NCBI GenBank assembly: GCA_036229005.1
Contig: JAZAMN010000057.1
Coordinates: 32,198 to 96,197 of the forward strand
DNA: 64,000 nt
Direction of reading: 5' to 3'
Origin: Myxococcota bacterium
GTDB taxonomy: Bacteria > Myxococcota_A > UBA796 > CAJQPC01
Every line of letters starts with the position of its first letter. Position 1 is the stretch's first letter. Shown piece after piece: positions 1-10,890 of the stretch. The notes under the pieces are model-generated. The model saw only the letters and a program-made list of their open reading frames with translations, was not told the origin of the DNA and did not search any database. Made by a program: the position numbers and the translations under genes.

Positions 1-738
1 CCCGCGCTGCCGGGCCTGCGTCGCCGCCTGGAGACCCTGCAGGGGCAGACCCAGCTCGAGCAGCTCGGCGTGGGGCGCCGGACCCTGCTCTCCCGCAACC
101 TCAAGCGTAGCGAGCTGGAGTTCTGCTGGCAGACCGCCCGCGCGCCCTGGCTGCCCGCCAACTGGCGCAGCGCGAGCCCTGGTGTGCAGCAGGTCGTCGG
201 GGAGATCCGGGGCCTGCTGGACGGCAGCTTCAAGGAGCTCAGCGCGCCCGCCGCCTACGCCGAGGCCCTCTCCAGCGCCTGGCTGGCCCTGCCCCAGCAG
301 CAGAACGCCGCCGCCGAGGCCCTGGTCCAGCGCGCCCAGCGCGAGTGCGCCGCCGCCCGCTGGGACCGCGCCCTGGTGGTCCTCAAGAAGGTGCGCGAGA
401 CCAACCCCACCCACGCCCGCGCCGTGCTGCTGCAGGTCTACGCCCAGGTCGTCCAGGGGCGCATCCCCGCCGAGGACGCCGTGGCCTGGGTCTACGCCGT
501 CAGCCAGCGCCAGTCCGACCTCAAGCTGCGCGCCCAGGGCGCCTACACCGCCGGCCGGCTCATGGAGCGCCTCAAGCGCCCCGCGGACGCCCTGATCTGC
601 TACCGCGCCGCCGCCGCCTGGAAGCCGGATCACAGCCCCAGCGCCAAGCGCATCCGGGTCCTCCGCGAGCAGAAGCTCGGCGACCCCACGGGCCTGGGCC
701 GCTGCTTCGACCCCAGCGCCGAGCGCCCCGGAGCCTGA
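1..738 (+). CDS. TPR-like helical protein, 5'-partial (possible degenerate J-domain-like segment)
   Basis: Frame is open from base 1 to TGA at 738 with GC3-rich codons. TPR-like helices: ALVVLKKVRETNPTHARA and ALICYRAAAAWKPDH. Confidence 0.6.
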   Translation, partial: PALPGLRRRLETLQGQTQLEQLGVGRRTLLSRNLKRSELEFCWQTARAPWLPANWRSASPGVQQVVGEIRGLLDGSFKELSAPAAYAEALSSAWLALPQQQNAAAEALVQRAQRECAAARWDRALVVLKKVRETNPTHARAVLLQVYAQVVQGRIPAEDAVAWVYAVSQRQSDLKLRAQGAYTAGRLMERLKRPADALICYRAAAAWKPDHSPSAKRIRVLREQKLGDPTGLGRCFDPSAERPGA

Positions 739-808
739 GCCCCGGCCGGGTCGAATCCCGCCGCCAGCCCTGCTTTCGGGTGTTACGCTCCCAGCGCGCG
801 AGGTGTAC

Positions 809-1180
809 ATGTCCCTGCCCACTGATCAACCCCTGCACACGCCGCAGGGCCGCAGCCTCACCCTCCGGGAGGACAGCCCCGAGCAGGAGACCCTCCAGCT
901 CCGCAACGCCCAGGGCGAGCTGGAGTGCGAGCTCAAGCTCACCCGCGACGGCCCCGTCCTCCGCCTGAGCAGCGAGCGCATCGAGCTGCACGCCAGCGAG
1001 ACCGTCGCCGTCACCTGCAAGCGCTTCGAGGTCCAGGCCAGCGAGTCGGCCGAGATCCTCAGCAAGGGCAGCGCCCGCGTGCACGCCGACGGCGAGCTCG
1101 AGCTACACAGCGACGCCGAGATGCGCCTGCGCTCAGAAGACGAGATCAAGGCCATCGCCAACATGATCTGGCTGAACTAG
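809..1180 (+). CDS. Small VgrG/gp5 C-terminal beta-spike-like protein
   Basis: Alternating beta-strand repeats (IELHASETVAVTCKRFEVQASE..., ELELHSDAEMRLRSED) and a terminal IWLN resembling the IxLN end of VgrG/gp5 spikes. Lies directly upstream of a PAAR gene. Confidence 0.55.
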   Translation: MSLPTDQPLHTPQGRSLTLREDSPEQETLQLRNAQGELECELKLTRDGPVLRLSSERIELHASETVAVTCKRFEVQASESAEILSKGSARVHADGELELHSDAEMRLRSEDEIKAIANMIWLN

Positions 1181-1189
1181 GAGCACCGC

Positions 1190-1585
1190 ATGGGCCTCCC
1201 CGCATCCATCAAGGGCGACATGGTGCTCCAGACGCCCCCCGTGCACTGCCACCAGCCCCACCCCATGGGCCCCGCGCAGGTCCCGATCCCCTTGCCCGTG
1301 GCCCCGCCCCTCAAGATGGAGGCCACCCACGCCAAGAAGGTCAAGATCGGCGGCAAGGAGGCCATCCGCGTCGGCGACAAGACCAAGGACGACAACATCC
1401 CCGGCTGCCCCAAGCCCAAGGCCGGCCCCGGCGAGGTCGCCATGGGCAGCACCACGGTCAAGATCGAGGGCAAGTTCGCCGCCCGCATCCTGGACATGAC
1501 CAAGCACGCCGCCTGCACCGCCCCAATCCCCGCGCCCGTGGGCAAGATCATGGGCCCCGGCTGCGCCACGGTGATGATCGGCTAG
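1190..1585 (+). CDS. PAAR domain protein
   Basis: PAAR-like repeats VKIGGKEAIRVGD and VKIEGKFAARILD, C-terminal GCATVMIG, His/Cys candidates for Zn binding, RBS AGGAG. Confidence 0.85.
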   Translation: MGLPASIKGDMVLQTPPVHCHQPHPMGPAQVPIPLPVAPPLKMEATHAKKVKIGGKEAIRVGDKTKDDNIPGCPKPKAGPGEVAMGSTTVKIEGKFAARILDMTKHAACTAPIPAPVGKIMGPGCATVMIG

Positions 1586-2646
1586 TGCTCCCGGCTCACC
1601 TCCAGGCGCTGGAGCCCCAGTGCCCGCGCTGCCTCCAGCAAGGGCAGGCCCACCCCGTCGCCCTGGCCCGTGTTGACCTCGCCGACGCCGACCGGGTCCT
1701 CCAAGGTGCGCTGGGCTGCCCCGCCTGTGGGATGGAATACCCCATCCTGGACGGCATCCCGATCCTCCTCCCCTCCCTCCGGGACTGGGTGCGCGGGAGC
1801 CTGCTGCACCTGGTCCAGCGCCGCGACCTGTCCCCCGCCCTGGACAGCCTGATCGGCGACGCCTGCGGCCCCGGCTCCGCCTACGACGAGACCCGCAAGA
1901 CCCTGGCCACCTACGCCTGGGACCACTGGGGGCACCTGCTCAGCACCCCGGATCCCCACTGCCCCCCCGGCAGCCTGGCGGCCCTGCTCGACACCCTGCT
2001 CGACCACGCCCCTGAGCCCGCCGACGGCCCTCTGCTGGATCTCGGCTGCGGCCCTGGCGCCTCGGCACTCCGGCTCTCCGAGCGCTTTGAGGAGCGGCTC
2101 GTGGTGGGCGTGGACATGAACTTCTCACTGCTCTCGCTGGGTGCCCGCCTCCTCAGGGGTCAGGAGGCTGAGATCCCCCGGCGAGGACAGGGTCTGGTGA
2201 CCTGGTGGGAGCGCGCACAACTTCCAAACGCCCAGGATCAAGTCGCCCTTTGGTGCTGTGATGTGCGCGCACTCCCCTTCCGTGGCCAGAGCTTTGGGGG
2301 CGTGAGCAGCCTGAACCTGCTGGACTCCGTGGACCCGCCCCTCCAGCACCTGCAGGAGCTCAGCCGCGTGCTCGCGATCGGGGGCAGCGCCTGGATGGCC
2401 AGCCCCTTTGACTGGGCCAGCCGCGCCACCCCCTACGAACAGTGGCTGGGGGGCCACAGCCAGCGCGCGCCCCACCAGGGGGACTCCCGCAGCGTCCTGA
2501 TCGGGCTCATGGACCGGGGCGTGATCCCCCTGGAGCCCACCTGGGAGGGTCAGGGCCCATGGACCCTGCGAAACAGCGCCAGCAGCCAGACTCGGTACCA
2601 GTGTTGGCTCGGTGTCCTCTCGCGCAGGGACGAAACGGCTCGGTGA
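1585..2646 (+). CDS. Class I SAM methyltransferase with N-terminal Trm112-like zinc ribbon
   Basis: GTG overlaps the PAAR stop (TAGTG). CPRC...CPACGMEYPILDGIPILL zinc ribbon, motif I LLDLGCGPG, VGVD, CDVRALPF. Confidence 0.8.
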   Translation: MLPAHLQALEPQCPRCLQQGQAHPVALARVDLADADRVLQGALGCPACGMEYPILDGIPILLPSLRDWVRGSLLHLVQRRDLSPALDSLIGDACGPGSAYDETRKTLATYAWDHWGHLLSTPDPHCPPGSLAALLDTLLDHAPEPADGPLLDLGCGPGASALRLSERFEERLVVGVDMNFSLLSLGARLLRGQEAEIPRRGQGLVTWWERAQLPNAQDQVALWCCDVRALPFRGQSFGGVSSLNLLDSVDPPLQHLQELSRVLAIGGSAWMASPFDWASRATPYEQWLGGHSQRAPHQGDSRSVLIGLMDRGVIPLEPTWEGQGPWTLRNSASSQTRYQCWLGVLSRRDETAR

Positions 2647-2718
2647 CAGCGATCCAACGTGCTTGCGCAGCCGTTAGATCTGCGGACCCCGCCTGAGCAT
2701 CAGGCACTTGGAGGAACC

Positions 2719-4125
2719 ATGACCCGCATTTCCCTTAGCTTTGTGGGCCTTCTCGGCCTGAGCACCCTGGTCGCCTGCGACAAGGACACCCCGCCTGACG
2801 ACACCCAGGTCGAGACCGACGCCGACACCGACGCGGACAGCGACTCCGACACCGACTCCGACTCCGACGCGGACAGCGACTCCGACGCCGACTCCGACGC
2901 GGACACCGACTCCGACGCCGACGCCGACGTGGAGACCGAGGTCTACAAGGTCCGCACCGGCGTGTACAGCGCGGGCAACAGCAGCGACGTGACCGGCGAC
3001 ACCGTCACCGTGACCGGCATGCTGACCACCGAGGCCGGCAAGTACGGCTACTTCCTCAACGACGGCTACAGCGGCGGCTACCACAACATCCAGGTATTCC
3101 TGTACAACGCCGACAGCGCCGAGACCCTCTACAACCTCGGTGACATCGTCACCGTGACCGGTGAGTACGTCGAGTACGACGGCGCCAGCTACAGCGGCGT
3201 GGCCGAGACCGCGCAGGCCGAGATCGTCCTGGGCGACGTGACCGACATCAGCACCAGCACCGAGACCGTCGCCGAGATCGGCGCCACCGAGGCCACCATC
3301 GCCGAGATCCTGGCCGACGCCGAGGCCTACGAGTCCATGCTGGTCAAGATCAGCGGCGTGACCGTCACCGGCGAGCTCAACAGCTACGGCGAGTTCGAGA
3401 TCAACGATGGCACCGAGGCCATGAAGATCGACGACTACATCTACGGCCTCGAGGACGACAACACCGTCTCCGTCGACAGCACCGCAGACAGCGTCACCGG
3501 CGTGGTCATCTACAGCTACGGCGAGTACAAGCTCGCTCCCCGCAGCGCCGACGACTACGTCAACTACGTCGCCTACGTGGCCCCCTGCCCCGCCGACAAG
3601 TGCTTCGACGACCTGGTCGCAGGTGACCTGCTCGTCACCGAGATGATGTACGACACCGTCGCCGTCGACGACGACGACAACGAGTACATCGAGGTCTACA
3701 ACGCCTCCGGCGGCTCCGTGAACCTGGAGGGCCTGACCTTCGAGGACAACGGCTCCAACACCGGCACCATCTCCCAGGTGGACGCCACCGCGACCTTCGC
3801 CGCCGGCGAGTACATCGTCCTGGCCAAGGGCAGCGGCTCCAAGTGGAGCTGGACCACCTTCACCGCGGACGGCTACTACGGTGGCGTCACGCTGAACAAC
3901 GGCAGCAGCGGCGACGCCGCGAAGCTCTACAACGACACCGAGACCATCGCCCAGGCCCCCACCTACAGCGGGGACGAGGCCGGTGCCTCCATCGCGTTCG
4001 ACGGCTCCATGTCCCTGACCCAGGCCAACGTCGAGGACATCGCCAACTGGTGCCCCGCCACCAGCGAGATCGAGGGCGGCGACCTGGGCACCCCCGGCGC
4101 CGTCAACGACACCTGCGCCGAGTAG
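2719..4125 (+). CDS. Acidic lipoprotein with Asp/Ser linker, OB-fold-like repeats and lamin-tail domain
   Basis: RBS GGAGG, lipobox LVAC, DS/DA/DT repeat, G.Y.EY.G OB-like segments, LTD motifs LLVTEMMYD..EYIEVYN and terminal GTPGAVN. Confidence 0.75.
   Translation: MTRISLSFVGLLGLSTLVACDKDTPPDDTQVETDADTDADSDSDTDSDSDADSDSDADSDADTDSDADADVETEVYKVRTGVYSAGNSSDVTGDTVTVTGMLTTEAGKYGYFLNDGYSGGYHNIQVFLYNADSAETLYNLGDIVTVTGEYVEYDGASYSGVAETAQAEIVLGDVTDISTSTETVAEIGATEATIAEILADAEAYESMLVKISGVTVTGELNSYGEFEINDGTEAMKIDDYIYGLEDDNTVSVDSTADSVTGVVIYSYGEYKLAPRSADDYVNYVAYVAPCPADKCFDDLVAGDLLVTEMMYDTVAVDDDDNEYIEVYNASGGSVNLEGLTFEDNGSNTGTISQVDATATFAAGEYIVLAKGSGSKWSWTTFTADGYYGGVTLNNGSSGDAAKLYNDTETIAQAPTYSGDEAGASIAFDGSMSLTQANVEDIANWCPATSEIEGGDLGTPGAVNDTCAE
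2812..2928 (+). repeat. Coding low-complexity hexamer repeat (GAC-NNN) encoding a DS/DA/DT linker
   Basis: Repeated gactcc/gacgcc/gacacc/gacagc units. Confidence 0.8.
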
Positions 4126-4148
4126 TCCGCTCCCGCGCTGACCAAGCA

Positions 4149-4180
4149 GAGGGCGTCCTCCTACCCGGGGGGCGCCCTCT
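4149..4180 (+). terminator. GC-rich hairpin downstream of the LTD gene (no U-tract)
   Basis: gagggcgtcctcc...ggggggcgccctc inverted repeat about 25 nt after the stop. Confidence 0.4.
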
Positions 4181-4375
4181 CCTGCTCTGGGGCCCTGCGG
4201 GGCCGTCACTGGAGGGGGTGGGGGTGTCGGAAATGGGTGTCGGCCAGTGGACACCCTGCCGTCGAAGGGCTGACAGTGCCCGCCAGCGCTCGCTGAAAAC
4301 GCTCTTTGTTCCTTGGTCCCAAAGTGACCACCAGGCTGGCACGCCTCCTGCTCTATGCCCAGGCAGGAGGTCCCC

Positions 4376-5167
4376 ATGTACTGCATCATCGCCCTTTCCC
4401 ATCAAGACGACGGCCTGCTCTTCTTCTCCACCGAGCAGCGCCGCCGCTTCATCCGCCGGGCCGTCGAGCTGGGCGCCCGCTGGGGCGTCAAGGTCCTGGC
4501 CTGGCACCTCTGCGCGAGCGAGGTCGAGCTCCTGGTCCACGGCCGCCCCGACACCTTCAAGGGCTGGGTGCGGCTGCTGCACTCCAGCCACAGCACCGAG
4601 CTGCAGCAGCTCCGGGGGCGCCGCATCGACTGGGCCCGCCCCGAGCTGAGCATCGTCAGCGACCCGGTGAACGCCGCCCGCAACCTGCACAGCCTGGACC
4701 CCTTCAACCCGTGGAGCTCCCTCTGGGACGCCGCCGGGCTGCGCAGCACCCCCCAGTTCTCCGCCGCCTGGCTCCAGTCACAGGCCAGCCCCGAGCAGTG
4801 GTGGCAGTGGGCGGGCGGTCCCCACCTGCCCCTGGGCGCCGGCCCCATGGAGCCCGCCACCTGGCCCCAGGTCCTGCAGGCCGTCGACGCCGTCACCTGG
4901 CAGGGGGCCGCCCGTCAGAACCGGGTGCTGCTCACCCAGCTCGCCTTCCGCGCCGGCTGGCCGGTCGGGGCCCTCTGCGAGCAGATGGAGGTGGGGAGGG
5001 CTGCGATCCGCAAGAGCCTGAACAGCTCACCGCGCCCAGAGCTTGGCGCCGCGCAAGCTCACCTGCGACACCCTGGCCTCAGCGAGGTGCTCGAGGACGA
5101 GATGCCCACCCTGGCCTCGCACACCCTGCCGCGCCCCATCATCGAGGCCCTGGAGGCCGCGAGCTGA
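4376..5167 (+). CDS. Degenerate RAYT/IS200-like Y1 transposase homologue with C-terminal HTH
   Basis: RBS AGGAGG. Collinear with the RAYT pattern (LFFSTEQRRRF; WGVKVLAWHLCASEVELLV vs xHAYCLMxNHxHLLV; RNLHSLDP vs RYIHxNP; NPWSS vs YPWSS), but the HuH histidines and catalytic Tyr are replaced. Confidence 0.6.
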   Translation: MYCIIALSHQDDGLLFFSTEQRRRFIRRAVELGARWGVKVLAWHLCASEVELLVHGRPDTFKGWVRLLHSSHSTELQQLRGRRIDWARPELSIVSDPVNAARNLHSLDPFNPWSSLWDAAGLRSTPQFSAAWLQSQASPEQWWQWAGGPHLPLGAGPMEPATWPQVLQAVDAVTWQGAARQNRVLLTQLAFRAGWPVGALCEQMEVGRAAIRKSLNSSPRPELGAAQAHLRHPGLSEVLEDEMPTLASHTLPRPIIEALEAAS

Positions 5168-5173
5168 GGGGGT

Positions 5174-5965
5174 TCAGGGGCGGACGCGCCCCATGACCCG
5201 CTCGCGGCGCTGCTCCCGCTGGGCCTCGCTGAGGTCCAGGCTGTGGAGCTCGGCGAGCACCGCGTCGAAGTCACCCAGATCCTCCTGGGCGATGGACAGG
5301 CCCAGGCGGGCCAGATCGTGCAGCTCGGTCGCGCTGGGCTCGGCCAGCACCTTCTCGTAGAGCTCCTGCGCGGCGGCCGGGTCCCCGACCTCCAGGCGCA
5401 TGCGCGCCATCGCGATCCAGGCCTCCGGGGCCCGCTCGGGGAAGCTGCGCACGCTGCGCTCGTAGAGGGTCCAGGCGGCCGTGGTGCGCTCGGACTTCTC
5501 CAGCAGCGCCGCGGCCTGGAGCATGCGGTCCGCAGCGCTGGGCGCCTGGGGCGCCAGCTCCGCCGCGCTCACCAGGTGGTCGGCCGCCTCACGCGGCGCC
5601 GAGTCCGCCAGGAGCACACCGAGCTGGGCGGAGGCCGAGGCCGCCCGGGGGTCTCCCGGCCAGCGCGCCAGGAAGGTCTCCAGGTGGGCGATGGCCTGGG
5701 CGTCGGCGCCCGCCAGCGCGGCCGCGGAGCCCGCGTGCCAGGCGGCGGTCGCTGCGCGCTCATCCGACCAGGACTGGGCCTCGATGTCGGTGTAGAGCGC
5801 CAGCGCGGCGTCCAGCTCCCCCTCCAGCACCAAGGCGTCCGCGCGCTCAAGCGCAGCGGGCCCGCGCGCGCCACCGACCACTCCAGCGAGCAGCAAGGGG
5901 AGCGCGACAGCTCCGGTGACGCCCAAGACCGTGCGCCACCCAAAGACGTGGGAGAAGAAACTCAT
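5174..5965 (-). CDS. Membrane-anchored TPR protein (BamD/CpoB-like repeats)
   Basis: N-terminal hydrophobic segment; AIAHLETFLARWPGDPRA and YERSVRSFPERAPEAW TPR repeats. Confidence 0.7.
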   Translation of the reverse strand: MSFFSHVFGWRTVLGVTGAVALPLLLAGVVGGARGPAALERADALVLEGELDAALALYTDIEAQSWSDERAATAAWHAGSAAALAGADAQAIAHLETFLARWPGDPRAASASAQLGVLLADSAPREAADHLVSAAELAPQAPSAADRMLQAAALLEKSERTTAAWTLYERSVRSFPERAPEAWIAMARMRLEVGDPAAAQELYEKVLAEPSATELHDLARLGLSIAQEDLGDFDAVLAELHSLDLSEAQREQRRERVMGRVRP

Positions 5966-6086
5966 TGTGCCGCTGCCCGTTTTAACAGACAGCGACACCT
6001 CGTGCGAAGCCAGGAGTCCTTCCGGAAGTCTTTCGACCCCCCTCAAGCCCCGATGGTGAGCCCCTGATCGCTCAGGGGCCCAGGCC

Positions 6087-8546
<2,460 letters not shown>

Positions 8547-8690
8547 TTAGGCGGGGTCACTGCTGGAGGGGGAATGGAAAGGGTCGATCCGGGTCCTCGT
8601 AACCCGTCTTCCACCCCCTTGCAGTCGGGATTTCCCATGCACTCCAGGGGGCTTTTGCGCCCCAGCGAGGACACCCTTCCCTCGCCCTCC

Positions 8691-9200
8691 TCAACCCCCC
8701 GCCCGAACACGCTCCGGCACATGCTCCACCGCCCCGATGCGCTCCAGCACAAAGTAGCTGGGCGTCCCCACCCGCCAGGGCCCGAGCTGCACCAGGCTGC
8801 GCCCCAACAAGCGCCCATCCGGCAGAGCCACCAGGGGGTCCCGCACCAGGGCCGTGGGGTCCAGCGCCGGGTTGCCCCCGCGGCCGTAGTCCAGCCAGAG
8901 CCCATCGGGCGCGTCCACGGCCTCGAAGAACCCAAAGCACAAGGGCGCCCCCCGCCGCATCAGCGGGACGACCGGGCCGTCCAGGCCGGTCTGCTCCAGC
9001 CGCACGTTCCAGCCCACGACCCGGTGACCTCGCCGATGGAACGCCTTCTCGAAGGTCTTCCAGGACAGCCGCTCGATCCAGGGCGGTAGGCCCAGCGACA
9101 CACCGCGGTAGCGGTGCCCGGCCAAGGAACCGCTCTCCACCCGCTGTCCCGAGTCCAGCGCCCGCTGCAGCTCCGTCCGGCTCGCGCTCAGGGGGTCCAC
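8691..9200 (-). CDS. Hypothetical protein (third gene of the GntR operon)
   Basis: GTG start overlaps the upstream gene end; protein-like composition (YRGVSLGLP..WKTFEKAF, GWNVRLEQ, LDYG). Confidence 0.65.
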   Translation of the reverse strand: MDPLSASRTELQRALDSGQRVESGSLAGHRYRGVSLGLPPWIERLSWKTFEKAFHRRGHRVVGWNVRLEQTGLDGPVVPLMRRGAPLCFGFFEAVDAPDGLWLDYGRGGNPALDPTALVRDPLVALPDGRLLGRSLVQLGPWRVGTPSYFVLERIGAVEHVPERVRAGG

Positions 9201-9856
9201 TGCAGGCCCTCCGGGAGCGAGAATCGCCCCGCGCGTCGGGCGGCCCGCAGCGCCTGTAGGCTCTCCGGCTGCCGCGCACACCAGTCCAGATACGCGAAGA
9301 AGCACACGTCCGGATCCCGGCTGTGTAGCCCCGGTGGCGCCGCCCGAAAGCGCGCGAGGCCCCGGGCCAGGTCCTCGTGGTAGCCCTCGTAGACGCAGAG
9401 GTCCCGCAGCCACTCGCCGCGGGGGTGGCGGCCCTCCAGCAGCAGGTCGAGCTCGGCCTGGAGGGCGTCCAGGTGCTCCGGGGTCGCCGCGAGCATCTGC
9501 AGGTCGTAGACGTATTGCTCCACGTCGTGGTGGGCGCCCATCAGGTGCCGCTGGACCCGCTTAGGCGAGCTGAGCAGCCCGCTCATGTCCCAGGGCGCGA
9601 TGGCCCGCTCCAGCATCAGGAAGGGGAAGCGGATCGGCCGCCACCGCAGCGCCCGCGCCCGCCAGCTCTCCCGCACCGGGTGCTCCGAGGAGAACCCCAC
9701 CGTCTCCGTCCGGAACAGCAGGCGGTGCCACATGCGCAGCACGCCGATCGAGAGCTGGAAGGGGGTGGGAACCCGGGGGTAGAGCCCGCTGTCCCGGAGC
9801 TGCCCGAGGCGCCGCCGGATGGTCCGGGGGGAGAGGAGGAGGATCGCGGTGATCAC
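9188..9856 (-). CDS. Hypothetical protein (second gene of the GntR operon)
   Basis: GTGA-coupled to the GntR stop; contains a His-rich segment RHLMGAHHD. Confidence 0.7.
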   Translation of the reverse strand: MITAILLLSPRTIRRRLGQLRDSGLYPRVPTPFQLSIGVLRMWHRLLFRTETVGFSSEHPVRESWRARALRWRPIRFPFLMLERAIAPWDMSGLLSSPKRVQRHLMGAHHDVEQYVYDLQMLAATPEHLDALQAELDLLLEGRHPRGEWLRDLCVYEGYHEDLARGLARFRAAPPGLHSRDPDVCFFAYLDWCARQPESLQALRAARRAGRFSLPEGLQWTP

Positions 9857-10545
9857 GGGGTCAGCGCCTGCACCGTCTGGACATCCCGGGCCTCCAGGAG
9901 CTGGAGGATGGCTGGAATCCCCGCCGGCGAGGGACTGCGTAGCCAGACGGCCAGCGCCTGCCAGCCGATCACGTTGCCGCGCGGCTCCCGGTACATGGCC
10001 TCGCGCAGCGCAGGCAGCTCGGCCAGCACCCGGCGAATGGGGTTCAAGGTGAGCTGGAGCACCGGCGAGTCCGTGGCCAGCAGGAGCTGCAGCAGGACCT
10101 CCGCGTCCAGGCGCGCGATCTCGTCGGAGTCAGCGCCCTGTTCGACGGCTTGGGCGAAGGCCTCGATGGCGTCCAGGGTGGGCTGCGGATCCGGGCGCCG
10201 GGCGGCGAGGCGCTCCAGCACCGCCTCCGCCAGCTTGCGCCGCACCAACAACAGGTCGGCCGCCGTCTCCGCCAGCGGGGCCTTCACCGTGCCGATCAGC
10301 TCGGGCCCCCCGGCCAGCCGGTAGTCCAGCACCGTGTAGCCGCGTCCTTGGCGCACCGTCAGCAGCCCCTGCGCCACCAGGCGGCCCAGCGCCGCCCGCA
10401 GCGTCCCACGGTTGACCCCGAGCTGCTCGGCGAGCGCGCGCTCGGTTGGGAGGCGCGCCCCAACAGGGAACGCGCCGTCCAGGATGGCCTGGCGCAGGCG
10501 GTCGGCGCAGTCGTCGGGCAGGGAGGAGGGGTTGAGGGCTCTCAT
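9853..10545 (-). CDS. GntR/FadR-family transcriptional regulator
   Basis: wHTH signature GARLPTERALAEQLGVNRGTLRAALGRLVAQGLL..RQGRG followed by an FCD-like helical C-terminal domain. Confidence 0.9.
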   Translation of the reverse strand: MRALNPSSLPDDCADRLRQAILDGAFPVGARLPTERALAEQLGVNRGTLRAALGRLVAQGLLTVRQGRGYTVLDYRLAGGPELIGTVKAPLAETAADLLLVRRKLAEAVLERLAARRPDPQPTLDAIEAFAQAVEQGADSDEIARLDAEVLLQLLLATDSPVLQLTLNPIRRVLAELPALREAMYREPRGNVIGWQALAVWLRSPSPAGIPAILQLLEARDVQTVQALTP

Positions 10546-10551
10546 TGGTCG

Positions 10552-10566
10552 ATTGGTACAACCAAT
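10552..10566. promoter_or_regulatory. FadR-type operator ATTGGT-N3-ACCAAT (probable autoregulation)
   Basis: Perfect palindrome 6 nt upstream of the GntR start, matching the TNGT-N3-ACNA FadR-subfamily consensus. Confidence 0.7.
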
Positions 10567-10591
10567 TCAGGGGGCCGTCAAGCGCCCATCC

Positions 10592-10881
10592 GCGCAAGTG
10601 GCCCCCAACGCAACAAGCCACCGCGCAAGTGGGTCCCAACGCAACAAGCCACGGCGCAAGTGGGCCCCAACGCAACAAGACACCGCGCAAGTGGGTCCCA
10701 ACGCAACAAGACACAGCCAAAACACAGCCTCCGGGGGCTTCCTGGCCCTGGTCCCGCCCGCCTCTGTTGCGTTCACCCCGACTTGCGCAGCCGACTGTTG
10801 CGTTCACCCCGACTTGCGCAGCCGGTTGTTGCGTTCACCCCGACTTGCGCAGCCGACTGTTGCGTTCAGACCGACTTGCGC
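10592..10881. repeat. 31-bp-phased inverted array element, family A, copy 1
   Basis: GCGCAAGT-N7-AACGCAACA at 10592/10623/10654/10685; inverted copies at 10765/10796/10827/10858; 56-bp centre. Confidence 0.9.
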
Positions 10882-10890
10882 GCCCCAGCC

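Noticed and set aside
925-1584. N-terminal extension of the methyltransferase ORF
   Set aside because: Overlaps the spike-like and PAAR genes out of frame and has Arg/Pro-rich junk composition; the real start is GTG 1585.
10592-10881. CRISPR array interpretation of the 31-bp repeats (also 13735, 15813, 62171)
   Set aside because: No unique spacers of CRISPR length, the arms are inverted, and there are no cas genes in the window.
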